A DNA stretch of 64,000 bases, from contig CM106586.1 in NCBI GenBank assembly GCA_048013815.1, forward strand, positions 14,198,001 through 14,262,000, read 5' to 3'. The DNA comes from Setoptus koraiensis (taxonomy: Eukaryota; Animalia; Arthropoda). The notes beneath the pieces are model-generated. The model worked only from the letters and a program-made list of their open reading frames with translations, was not told the origin of the DNA and made no database searches. The position numbers were made by a program, and so were the translations under genes. Position 1 is the stretch's first letter, and every line of letters starts with the position of its first letter. Shown in pieces: positions 35,489 to 46,411 of this stretch.

Positions 35489-37999
35489 ATGGCACAAGGA
35501 ACTGAGGATAAAGACAAATCACTGTTTTACTTTGACCAGGACAAAGCCATCCTGTATGGACTTGCAGTTGGCGAAACTCAGGATCTCAAATATTTGTACG
35601 AGTGCGATGGAAATTTTTCCATAGTGCCTTCATTTGCAATATTACCTGGCTTGGAAGCACTAATAGAATCAGACGTCTACGGAACTGCATTAGCCGAAAG
35701 AAACATTCCGTATGACCCAACTCGCCTGTTGCACGGAGAGCAATATATAGAGCTTTTCCAGCCTATACCAGGTAACACCTACGGCGAACCACTTGTTACT
35801 TCAAAGAAGGCCCGTTTGTTGGATGTATTAGATAAAGGAAACAGTACTGTTGTTATCACCGAAGTAGATACTTATAATTACTCAGGTGAATTGTTATTTC
35901 GCAATCAAATATGCAGCGTGATCATGGGCTCAGGCAATTGGGGTGGACCGCGACAAAGTTCAGACCCTCGTATCAAGGAGATAGTCAAGACTCCATCGGA
36001 TATCAGACCGCCGGATAAGGTAATATGCCAGACAACAACTGAACACCAAGCAGTAATGTATAGGCTGATTGGTGATAAAAACCCATTACATGTAGATCCT
36101 ACATTTGCTCAAGTTGCCGGCTTCAAGAGGCCAATACTACATGGCTTATGCACTCTGGGTTTCGCTACCAGGCACGTTATTCAAGCCTATTCACCTGATT
36201 GCCCGCAAAATTGTCTGCGCATCAAAGTAAGATTCTCTGGTGTTATTTATCCAGGGCAAACAATCCAAACTGAGATGTGGAAAGAGGGCAATAGAATTCA
36301 TTTTGAATGTAAAGTGCAAGAAACCGGTAAGCCAATAATATCTGGTGGTTACATGGATCTAAAACACACAATAGGTGAGTAGGGTTTTTTTTTCATGTTC
36401 AGCCCCATAGACACTGGCGACGCCTAGTGTCAAACAAGTTGTACTATTCGAACAAAAGTCTCTGGACACAGGGTAGAGAGAAGAAGCAAGAAGAAGATCG
36501 TTCGAAAGAGAAAAAAAACCACTTGTTACTTCTAACTGATACCTTCTTGAGTAAACGAGACGACGCTTCTCTCCAATTCGGCGAAGCTCGTTGTCATCGT
36601 CATCATAAGAACAAGACCTGATTCTTTGGCTAGGCACACACAGTGGCTGTATGGAAGAGTAGTAGTTTTGAAGTTGCGTAGATAATTGGACAGTCTCCTC
36701 CGCTGCTTCTCTCTCTCTCTCTCGCTTCTTTCTGTGTACCTGTTAATGCGCATTCCTGATTGCTGAGTCGTAGTAGCACTGTGTTGATACTCGACCTTCA
36801 TTCGGCCATCATCATCTCTACTATTCAAATAATATCAACAGTATTACTCGACGTCACTTGTACTAAGATAAGACTCGATTCATATCGAGTCACATTGAGA
36901 AAAGTAGACACACAAACAACTAGATCATTTTCACATTCTTTCTTTGAAAAATATTCCTTTTAGACCAACTTTTAATTATTGAAATAAATTGTTATTACAA
37001 GATATTTTATAATTTATAAATCCTCAAGAAATACTTATACTAAAGCCTCCTTATACAACTTTTTCTACACACACACACACAAAATAAAAATATAAATCTC
37101 ATATCACCACCATGGTCATCACAGAGAGCGACAGTATTACTGATATGAAGATGGCAGCCAGTGATGACGCGTCACCGTCCCTTAATTCTCAATACAAGGC
37201 CCTTCTGGACTCTATACCTACTTCAGGCTTGAAGTGTGACATATTATTTTTGGTCATCAAGAATCGTATTGCCGAAGAGCCAGATTATGTTAAGAAATTG
37301 CGCGTTGTCTTCCAATTTAACATTACCAAAGAGGGCAAGCATGCCGCTACTTGGACTTGTGACACCAAAAGCTGTATAGAAGGTGATATATATCGCTCAT
37401 TACCAAAGCAAGGTATTAAACCTGATGTAATACTAACTGTTGATGATGAAGACTGGGTCAAGATTATGGCGGGCAAATTGAACCCACAGCGAGCATTCAT
37501 GATGAGTAAGTTTAAGATTAAGGGAAACATCATGTTGTTGCAAAAATTGCATGCATTATGGTTTGAACTGCGTACAAACGGTAAAACACCCGAGCTAGAT
37601 CTGCTACAAGATGTTATGATCAGCGAAACATTGATTCCTGGACTCAAGAGTGAAGCCATGTCCATTGAGATCGTTCAACGAATAGTTCGTCTACCACACC
37701 TTATGAAGGAAATCAATGCAAATATCCAGGTGAACATCTTGAAAAATGGCCGTCTTGCTACTATATACTCAATAGAAATGATGAACAATGAAAAGCCAGT
37801 GTTCAAACGGGGTGAATTGCCAACGAAACCCGATGTGACGTTCACTATCGAGGACGATGATTTAGTTTTGCTCATTTATGGTATCCACAAAGTCGACGAA
37901 TCAATCGCGTGCGGTCGCATCAAGGTAGATGGAAAATTTGAGATTGTTGAACGAGCTAAGGCTTTATTTGACCAAGCACCTATCTTGTCCCGTCTCTAA
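35489..37999 (+). CDS. HSD17B4: Peroxisomal 2-enoyl-CoA hydratase 2 plus two SCP2 domains (MFE-2/HSD17B4 derivative without the SDR domain), about 586 aa if spliced
   Basis: join(35489..36374,37125..37999); G|GTGAGT donor and CACAG acceptor, phase 1, total 1761 nt. PSFA, LLHGEQY, catalytic YRLIGDKNPLHVDPTFA, ILHGLCTLGF; two SCP2 folds (KPDVILTVDDED...AF...KIKGNIML and KPDVTFTIEDDD...GRIKVDG); ends in -SRL (PTS1). Domain identities are secure; the splice join is inferred. Confidence 0.85.
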
Positions 38000-38523
38000 A
38001 AGTCCTACTTAAATTTAAGAAATATATATACAAGTTACTCATATCAATATCTATGTGACAAACATTTGATTTTCTGATGTAAGAATCAGCATCGAGTTAC
38101 TTTTTATGTACTATTGGTAACATGTTAAATGATCTCCATCATTTTTAGTCATGTCTCCATGAATCACATGTATCACATCAAGTAGCAACATGCCGGGTCA
38201 GAATGGTGTTATTAGATTAGATCGGTAGTTTTTGGTTGTGTTTATTAATAATTATAACAAATAATAACAATATTTTGATAATGGATAAATCATTTATGTA
38301 TGCAACCTGCTAGTGTCTCTCACTCGCTCAATCAGTAAAATTGGAATTTCATCTAATACAACTTTGCTTCATCAATTCGTATATTCATGTTCATGTATTG
38401 TAACAACCTTAATGACTTTACAACAATACAAATATGTTCACACATGGTAAGAAAAAAGTCTATGCGTACATTACACATGTATGTTTATAGATTTAACGTC
38501 AGACTCTAATTTTAAGAATCAAT

Positions 38524-39804
38524 TTATTGGTCTATCCATTCCTCCAAATAGGCGTGCAAGCCGCTAGCCCATTGCGGATCAACTTCAACATGATGATTAT
38601 TAGTTAGTGTAGCAACATTGTTGGCCACTATATTAGCGGCTGCTGCCGCTGCTGTTGTCTGTCGTTGGGCTTCCTCTTCAATCACTTGTTCTGTGAGGCC
38701 AGTTTTAAGTAATAATGATTTCAGAACATTGAATTCTCTTCTCAATTCTTCATATTGTTGTCGATACAATTGATTCTCTTTGGATAATTCAGCAACTCGC
38801 CGCTCGGTTTCGCGACTTCTCAATTTAGCTTTCTCGCGCGATTTCCTGACGGCCACATTGTTTCTTTCGCGTCTTTTCTTATATTCGTCCGAGCCCTTAT
38901 CTAAAGATTTTTTACTATTACCACTATGATGATGCGCCGTCTGATGATGGTGATGGTGATGATGTAATTGATGGCTCAAACTATGACTGTGATGATGGCT
39001 GAAAGCACCATTATTGGCATGGTGATATTTAGCAGTATTACCAGTGATCATACCATGCGCTTGCAACACATCCTGGGCCGTATGCTGATGACCATTAATT
39101 GCTATAGCTGTATTAGCTGCTAGAGATGTAGCAGAAATAATAACATCATTGGCATTGACCGTAGCTGAGCTTGTATTTCTAGTATGATGATTGCTGTGAC
39201 CGTGCAACAATTGTAGTTGATTTTGTTGTTGCTGATGTTGCTGTTGATGTTGTTGCTGATGCTGTTGGTGCTGCTGTTGGTGGTGTGATTGTTGGTGTTG
39301 TTGTTGATGATTGCTTAATTGATGATGATTGGTCAAGTGCTGATGTTGATTTAAATGATGATGATGCTGTTGTTGTTGCTGTTGTTGTGTTGGATGTTGA
39401 TGATGATGCTGAAAGACGTTCATCATAGTAGTATCTGGTAGATGATGATTCAAGAGATGATTGTTGTTGCTATTGTTGCTGTTGTTTTGAAGCAATTGGC
39501 TTGCTGTTTGATTTCCTCCAATACCAATTACAGATGAGGCCGACGACGAAGATGATGATGCCGATGATGAGATAGCATTTGGACCGTTACGAATAGAACC
39601 GGATGTGGAGCTACCACTTTCGCTGCTGGTGCTGCTGATTACACTCTGACTACTGCTCACCTGTTGTTCATGGTTGTTGTTGTTGTTGTTACTATTACTA
39701 TTGTTGTTGCTGTTTTGTTGTTGTTGTTGTTGCTGTTGAATTAATGTCATTTGATTGTGTTGATTGATTTGCGACGATGAATTCAAAAGATGATGCTGGT
39801 CCAT
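38524..39804 (-). CDS. CEBP: CCAAT/enhancer-binding protein (C/EBP, slbo-like) bZIP factor, intronless, 426 aa
   Basis: KKSLDKGSDEYKKRRERNNVAVRKSREKAK basic region followed by a leucine zipper. Long polyQ/H/N/S tracts upstream. Confidence 0.95.
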   Translation of the reverse strand: MDQHHLLNSSSQINQHNQMTLIQQQQQQQQNSNNNSNSNNNNNNHEQQVSSSQSVISSTSSESGSSTSGSIRNGPNAISSSASSSSSSASSVIGIGGNQTASQLLQNNSNNSNNNHLLNHHLPDTTMMNVFQHHHQHPTQQQQQQQHHHHLNQHQHLTNHHQLSNHQQQHQQSHHQQQHQQHQQQHQQQHQQQQNQLQLLHGHSNHHTRNTSSATVNANDVIISATSLAANTAIAINGHQHTAQDVLQAHGMITGNTAKYHHANNGAFSHHHSHSLSHQLHHHHHHHQTAHHHSGNSKKSLDKGSDEYKKRRERNNVAVRKSREKAKLRSRETERRVAELSKENQLYRQQYEELRREFNVLKSLLLKTGLTEQVIEEEAQRQTTAAAAAANIVANNVATLTNNHHVEVDPQWASGLHAYLEEWIDQ

Positions 39805-39968
39805 ATTTTTCCTCTAGGTATCTATTGTCGTTGTTGTTAATAGTATAATTTTTGAATTTTGCAAGTATATGAATATATGAATTTGAATATTTAAATAATT
39901 GTCAATGATTACTGATTATTGTTGTAATTGTTGTGTGTGTGAGTGTGTGTGTTTGTGTTTGTGTGTAT

Positions 39969-40006
<38 letters not shown>

Positions 40007-41627
40007 TCTATTTTAATTATAATTATTATATTATATTATAAAAGGAATGAGTGATAATTATAATGAAACAATCGAGAAATAATAATTGTTTCACAGAGGG
40101 AGAGAGAGGCAGGGGAGCGAGAGGGAAAGTTGACAAAAAGAAAGTTCTATTTCTATGTCCGTCGAACTGTAGAATTAGAAGCAACAATTATCGAATTAGC
40201 GCAACATTGGATGCAACAGCAATCTGCAGATAACTGGCAACGCACAAACAGACAGCAATCTGCTTTGCACTTGAGGCTTTTACGATGCACCCTGGCAGGA
40301 CAGCAGAGGCAATGAGGCGCGCGCAGACTCACACAAGCGATACACTGATGAACTATTTCTACAGCTATGAGCGCCTTTGTGTGAGGCTAAAAGTTCGCAG
40401 GCGCGTCTCTGGCCAAAAAGTTCGATCGACGCTTCAAAATAAAAAGTTCGACAATCAGCTGACTGAAATTTCTCTTTCTATTTTCTCTTCTATTCGACGA
40501 CGATGTTTTGAGTTAGCTCAATTCCTTACGTTAGATAATGATTCGCATTAATAGTGATTTCGACAAATCAATTTTATCCAAAACTTATTATATCCAAAAC
40601 TATGCGCTGCGCCAAAGTTGCGACAATACTTTGAATAAAGGCAGCAACTTTATTAATATTGCTGTTCTGTGTATGGTGGGTATATATGCTAAATGTTACG
40701 CATAAGATGAGCTAATCTAGTCTAGGTCTGACAAGTCACTTGATGCGTGGTCCGAATTGAGACTATTATTAAATCATACACTGAAATATACTTCAACTGC
40801 AATCGCTACCTACAATAACTCAACGCTAACTCACTAATAAATCGGCTCAATAACTCAAAAATGTGCTCACAATGAAAAATATTTCTCTGCTGTGTTGCAT
40901 TAGCAAACCAATTAGCGTTGATTAAACGATTGCGATAAATAATTGTCAAATATAGTTTAGTTTGTGGAAATGGTTAGCGAATGATGGTTGGGCTAGCTAG
41001 GCAAATAGGAAACTCACTTAGTTTAGTTTGTTTGTCGGTGCACTGACTCACTGACGACGGCGACAATATTAATGTAATCTAATCGATTCAGTTTCTTCTT
41101 TCTCTTTCTATCATGATGCTTGCTTTGTTGATGCTGCACTAACATTAAAACGATCTAAATGATGATGATGATCATACGTTATTCGTTTTTAGTGTTGCCG
41201 TATTATGTTGGATGGCGAACGTTGAACGGGTGATACCGGTCCTCTGTGTGATAGCGGCGATGACGATGTACTGTTGTAGTTGCTAACAGTTTTGTCTAGT
41301 TATTGTTGTTGTGTCGATTTTAGTCGAGTATAGTCGACTAAAAGTGAAGTGGAGTCGAGTCGAGTAAAGTTTCGTTACGTAGCTCGGCGTCGAACGTTTC
41401 CAATCGAGCTGATGTAAAACTTACTTACTCTGATGAATCCAGTAGTTTGTCTACGTGTGAGTCTACGTTGTCTATGTCACGGCGGCAGCTAGATGAATTT
41501 TATTTGTGAGTGTGTGTGTGTGTGTGTGCTGGTACGTACACGAGCAACATCGACAGGTTGTTGTTGGTGTAATTGTTGTATGATCTGACGCGTTTTATTC
41601 GTGTGTGTTATGTTGTGTGTGTGTGTG

Positions 41628-41663
<36 letters not shown>

Positions 41664-43008
41664 GCTGTGCTGGGTATTAAATCACTATATAACTATATAA
41701 TAACTATTATATCTGCCACTTGTTGCAACGACGACGTCGACGACGACAACAACGACAACTACAACAACATACGAGCAAACGGCGAACAAGCGCCTACGAT
41801 GATGTACTCTCTAGCTAGCTTGCCAGCAAACAGTTATATCTGTCGCTGCTGAATGTGCTATATCAATCTGCTGCTTCATGAGTGTGCGTGTGTGTGTTAT
41901 TATAATATTTCTATGTATTTATTATCATGGGCTTATCTCAACTGTGTTGCAGTCGTACAGTCGCACCAGCTAACTGTTCTGCTCTCCGAGAGAAAACTTA
42001 TTTATTAACTGTTGTTCCACTAAAATCGCCTATCTACCCAACAGCTAGATAACCTAGCCTGATCTGCCTAAGAGTGTGTGTTCTCCTAAAGACTGTACAC
42101 AAAAACAGTTGATAGCATCATTAGCAGCAGCAACAACAACAACAACAGCTAGATAGTCAGATAGATAGCTAATTAACAAACGACGGCAAGCATGCATCAT
42201 TTGACGGGGCAGATAGGCAGGAGGTGTGACTTGTAACCCTTATACACACACTTGCAATATTGTTGTTATTGTTCCATGTTGTGTCGTTACATATCGATCT
42301 GTGTGCGCTTGAAACCTGTCGATAGTGCGCTCGCCAAGCTCGATAGGTTGTGCGGTGTCGCCAGGCAGACACCAAGAGGGACGAAAATGGGCGAATGGGT
42401 GACAAAAGGCATACTAGAGATGCCGTGTTGTTGGGCGCCACCCAGTGCAGTAATGCAAGCCGGTGCGATAATGCAAGCCGGTGCAATTAGCAGCGGTTGG
42501 ACATGGTCAGATTCGCTGGCAATGGTTTGCTTCTGCCAAAAAGCACAAATAACTAAATTATGACATGCAACATGAGTTCTGTCAACACATATTTCATGGC
42601 ACATTTGACAAACGGACTATCCACTATCAGCCTGATAGTATCAGACGACTGTGCGTGTGTTGGGCAGCCCCGTTGGAACAAGCCCAAATTAGTCAATTGA
42701 TCAGACTGTGCAGTGTAGAGTCTACAGAAGACTGACGGTAGACTGACTAACTGACGGTTATGCGTTGGGGTGTCTTGGCTGGTGTCTACGTTGTGCAGTC
42801 GGCACCAGCAACACCAAGGCGCCAACAGGTGCACGCGCGCATTAATTGCAACTGTTTATTATTCAGGCAACTGTTGCATCATCGATGGTGGTGTATTTAA
42901 CAACTGACAACAACACTGTCTGTTGCAAAACACGCACGTATGTGATAACTTCATCATGATCATTATTCACCTGTCAAATATGGGCGCCGACACGCGACAG
43001 CCTCGAAC

Positions 43009-43092
43009 ATGATTACGAATATGGTAGCGAGTATGGTAGCGAGTATGGTTGCGAGTGTGGTTGCGAGCACGGTTGCGAGCGTGGTTACGAAT
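43009..43092. repeat. 12-bp minisatellite, 7 degenerate units (ATGGTWGCGAGY)
   Basis: atgattacgaat atggtagcgagt atggtagcgagt atggttgcgagt gtggttgcgagc acggttgcgagc gtggttacgaat. Confidence 0.9.
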
Positions 43093-44251
43093 ATGGCGGC
43101 GCTGCTAGTTGCGGTGGTCTGTCAGGCTGGACAACGGCAACGGTATGCACAAAATAAGCCAATATTAGGTAGTCACGCGGCGCCACTGATGAAGGTTAAA
43201 CTGTTCAAATGTCAGCAAGTACGTAACCAATGTCAAGAGTGCTCTAAGCGATTGCTCAATTTATTATTATTATCTATCTATCTAATTACTATTGATAGTG
43301 GTTGCATTCTTTGCACAACATTTGTCTCATTTTGCAACAAACACAATCAGCTAGCTATTGCATGATACAGGCTAAATACAGGCTAAACAGTGAGTGGTGA
43401 TTGCGCATAGATTTGCTGCCTTTTTTATTAGTGCGCACAATGGGCGCATAGTTAGCAGCAAAATCAAGATTGTGCTGCTTCCACAGCAAACAACAACAGT
43501 TAAGCAACGAAGCTTTGTTAAGTTAGGTAATTGAGTTTGTTAATTAATTAGCGCGCACAAAAAACATAATCTGTGGTGTGTATGGTTGTGTGGCTATAGC
43601 TGTGGCTGGCTGATAGCTACATCCTGATAGCAGCCTGTATGTGAGAATGAACAAAAACGTCGCTAACGTTCAATGTCAGGGTCGTGCCTAGTTTAGCACC
43701 GGCATGACAGTAATGTAATAAAATCACTGATCTAGATGGTAGAAAAACAACGGCGACTTTGTTGTTTGTGGGTGTTTTTCACTCTCAAGAGGCGACACTT
43801 GTCAAGTGGGGCGCCTCACCATTTGGCTTCTTGTGTCTACAAGCCAGCGTATTGGTGTGTCGACGACCTGACTCAAGGTCGCCCAACTCAACAACGATAG
43901 TCGGAGGGACAGCAATTGATGTCGGAAGGCAATCGGAATGAAACGCACAAGCGGGCATAAATATTGGATAAATGTTGAATGTGTGAGTATTATTATTATG
44001 CCAGAACGTGCTAAAGCAAAAGTGGAACTGCACAACATACATGTAATAGACAGACGCCGCCAACAACAACAACTACAACTACAATTGAACACAATATTAT
44101 GTCTCACAAGCCCGCACTGTTTGCCCGTTACCTATCATTATCTAACGGCACAACAACGAAGGCATAAACGTTGCACTCCAACATCAACAATGGCAACTTT
44201 ACCACCTGTGTGTCTAATCATTATATTGGAGGCGTCAACTAGTGCCGTACG

Positions 44252-44259
44252 TGACGTCA
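44252..44259. promoter_or_regulatory. Full CRE palindrome TGACGTCA upstream of C/EBP
   Basis: Exact motif, overlapped by TACGTG at 44248-44253. Function is inferred only. Confidence 0.3.
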
Positions 44260-46403
44260 TAGCGGCACCCTGGCGGAATGTAAGTCAATTAATGTAAATC
44301 AGCGATGGCAGCGGATGCCGAGCGAGCAAAAGTTGTTGTGTGCGTTGCTGACAATGGATAATAATAATAATAATAATATCTGCAACTTGTGAGCTGTTGT
44401 TGCTTGTGAGCCACCTTGTTGAATCAACAGCGCCGTACACAATTGCCGTATTATCCGCTGTATTATATATCGGAACACGTTATAAGCCGCTAATACCGTA
44501 TGGTTTGGCACTTCAGATGAGGTAGAGTGCCATGTAGAGGCATTACAGGCTGTACATGGAGCATTCGAATAAATGAATAATTCTCGCTCTCCCACTTTAT
44601 CTAATAATTGTGCGTATGTGTGTGAAGGCGCGATCGCGCAACCAAATTAGTCAGCCATTCTCTCTGTGTGAGAATATCCAACAAACTGCCTTTGTATACA
44701 ACAGCCAGCCAGCCAGCTAGTTAGACTGGCTGAGCCAGTAGCACATCCGACTTTGTGTGAGCTTTGAAAACTTTTCAAACAACGCCTGACAAAACAACGA
44801 CAAGCGTGCGCCTTGTCACATGAGTCGCATTATCAAGCCAGATAAAGTTGAGCGTGATAGCCGAGCCGAGCCGAATCGGATAGCTGAACGATTGTGCACG
44901 AACAAGCGCCCAATCGGCAACAGTAGCGACCAGAGAGTTCAATGTCAAGGTCATGCAAACGAGCTATTACGCGCCCCAAGATATAAAGGTGCGGCGGGCG
45001 ATGCGGGCGCCCTCTATGTGAAACACGTACTCGTCGATTGCAAGCTAGAAGTTTAAAACAACAAGTTTTAAAGTTGCCAGTTTCAAAGTTAGCAATCAAA
45101 TAAGTCCGCACACAACAAGTTCCAGGCTGAACAAAGGCTGTGAAACAACGGAACGAGTGTGACTTTACGTTGTTGCATTGCTGCCACACTTGTCGGCAGC
45201 CTCACACGGCCTAGACAAACGAGTCTTGACAAATCAAATGTGTGCAATCGCCAATCGACTTGATAATAGTTGTTGTTGTTGTTGTTGTTGAGACTAACGG
45301 GTTGTGCCAACGCGGCAATAGATTTTGGCTCAAAACTCAATGCTGTTGCTATGTTCTTCTGTTGTCGTTCTTGGCGTTGTTCGGCAATTTGGGCGCCAAT
45401 GCAGTCACCAATGGAGGCATAATTCATGGCATAGTTCAGCCGGCGACGAGGAAGAACTAACCCGAACACTCCGTTATTTGCGCGTCTGCTGTTGAGGGCC
45501 GGCGAGCATCCGCAGATGAACGAGCCGATTGATACCGATGATAATTCCGCAAAAAAGTTTACCCCTTCAGCAGCCTGAGCGCTGGAAACTCTATAACATC
45601 GATCTTGACACGCTGACAGATGCAACAAAGTGAACAAGTGAATCAGGCAACGCAAACACACAGTTGAAATTAGATAAGATTGCTGATGATTTGCGCTGAT
45701 TGTAGATCGTTTGTCGCTGGCTGCATCAGCGAAAGTGCCAGCTTTGGTGGGCCCGCTGTTAGCTCATCATTGTGACAAGATAGACGCTTGTGAGATATCA
45801 AACAAAGCCGCTAGTTGGAGACCATGGAAAAGCACGCCAGTCAGCGGCACCTACTATGCTGATTCCCCAAAACAAGTCGTCATTATATTTCAGCGACACA
45901 ATTCGCACGTTTTGCACGTTTGTCGTCAACTATATTATTCTTGATATGATTTTCGTCGTTTCATCATTGAAGGGTGCCTGATAATTGCTAGTGGCTGAAA
46001 CATCAAAACATCACGACGACAAAAACGCGCAACCATCATTATCTCACATTATCCACATTATTGCTTGATGCGCTGATTCATGAAACTATCACTATACTTT
46101 TCCGTTAGCAAAGTTTTATCTGAGTACAAAGATAAAGTTGGGCTACCAATTGAAAGTTTGTGTGTATCTCGCAACGAAATCAAACAAGCACACAGGCGGG
46201 CGGGCCTGTGACTATCGGCTAAAAAGGATTAAATTTAGATTGGGTATCTATCTATGCCTGATCTATCGGCTTGATCGCGTTATCTATCATCAGTGGTGAT
46301 ATTGACATTGAAAAGATTGAACAAATATCACAGCTAACACATCTGGCTTGATAATGATGATGATTATGATGTTGCTGTTGGCGTAGTCGAGACTTTGTCG
46401 GAG

Positions 46404-46411
46404 TGACGTCA
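46404..46411. promoter_or_regulatory. Second full CRE palindrome upstream of C/EBP
   Basis: Exact TGACGTCA. Function is inferred only. Confidence 0.3.

Noticed and set aside
43008-43020. CATGATTACGAAT, resembling the pUC/lacZ-alpha start
   Set aside because: Only 13 nt, it is the first unit of a local 12-bp minisatellite, and there is no other vector sequence.
46058-46068. TTATTGCTTGA, matching the 5' end of miR-137
   Set aside because: The match stops after 11 nt and there is no flanking hairpin.
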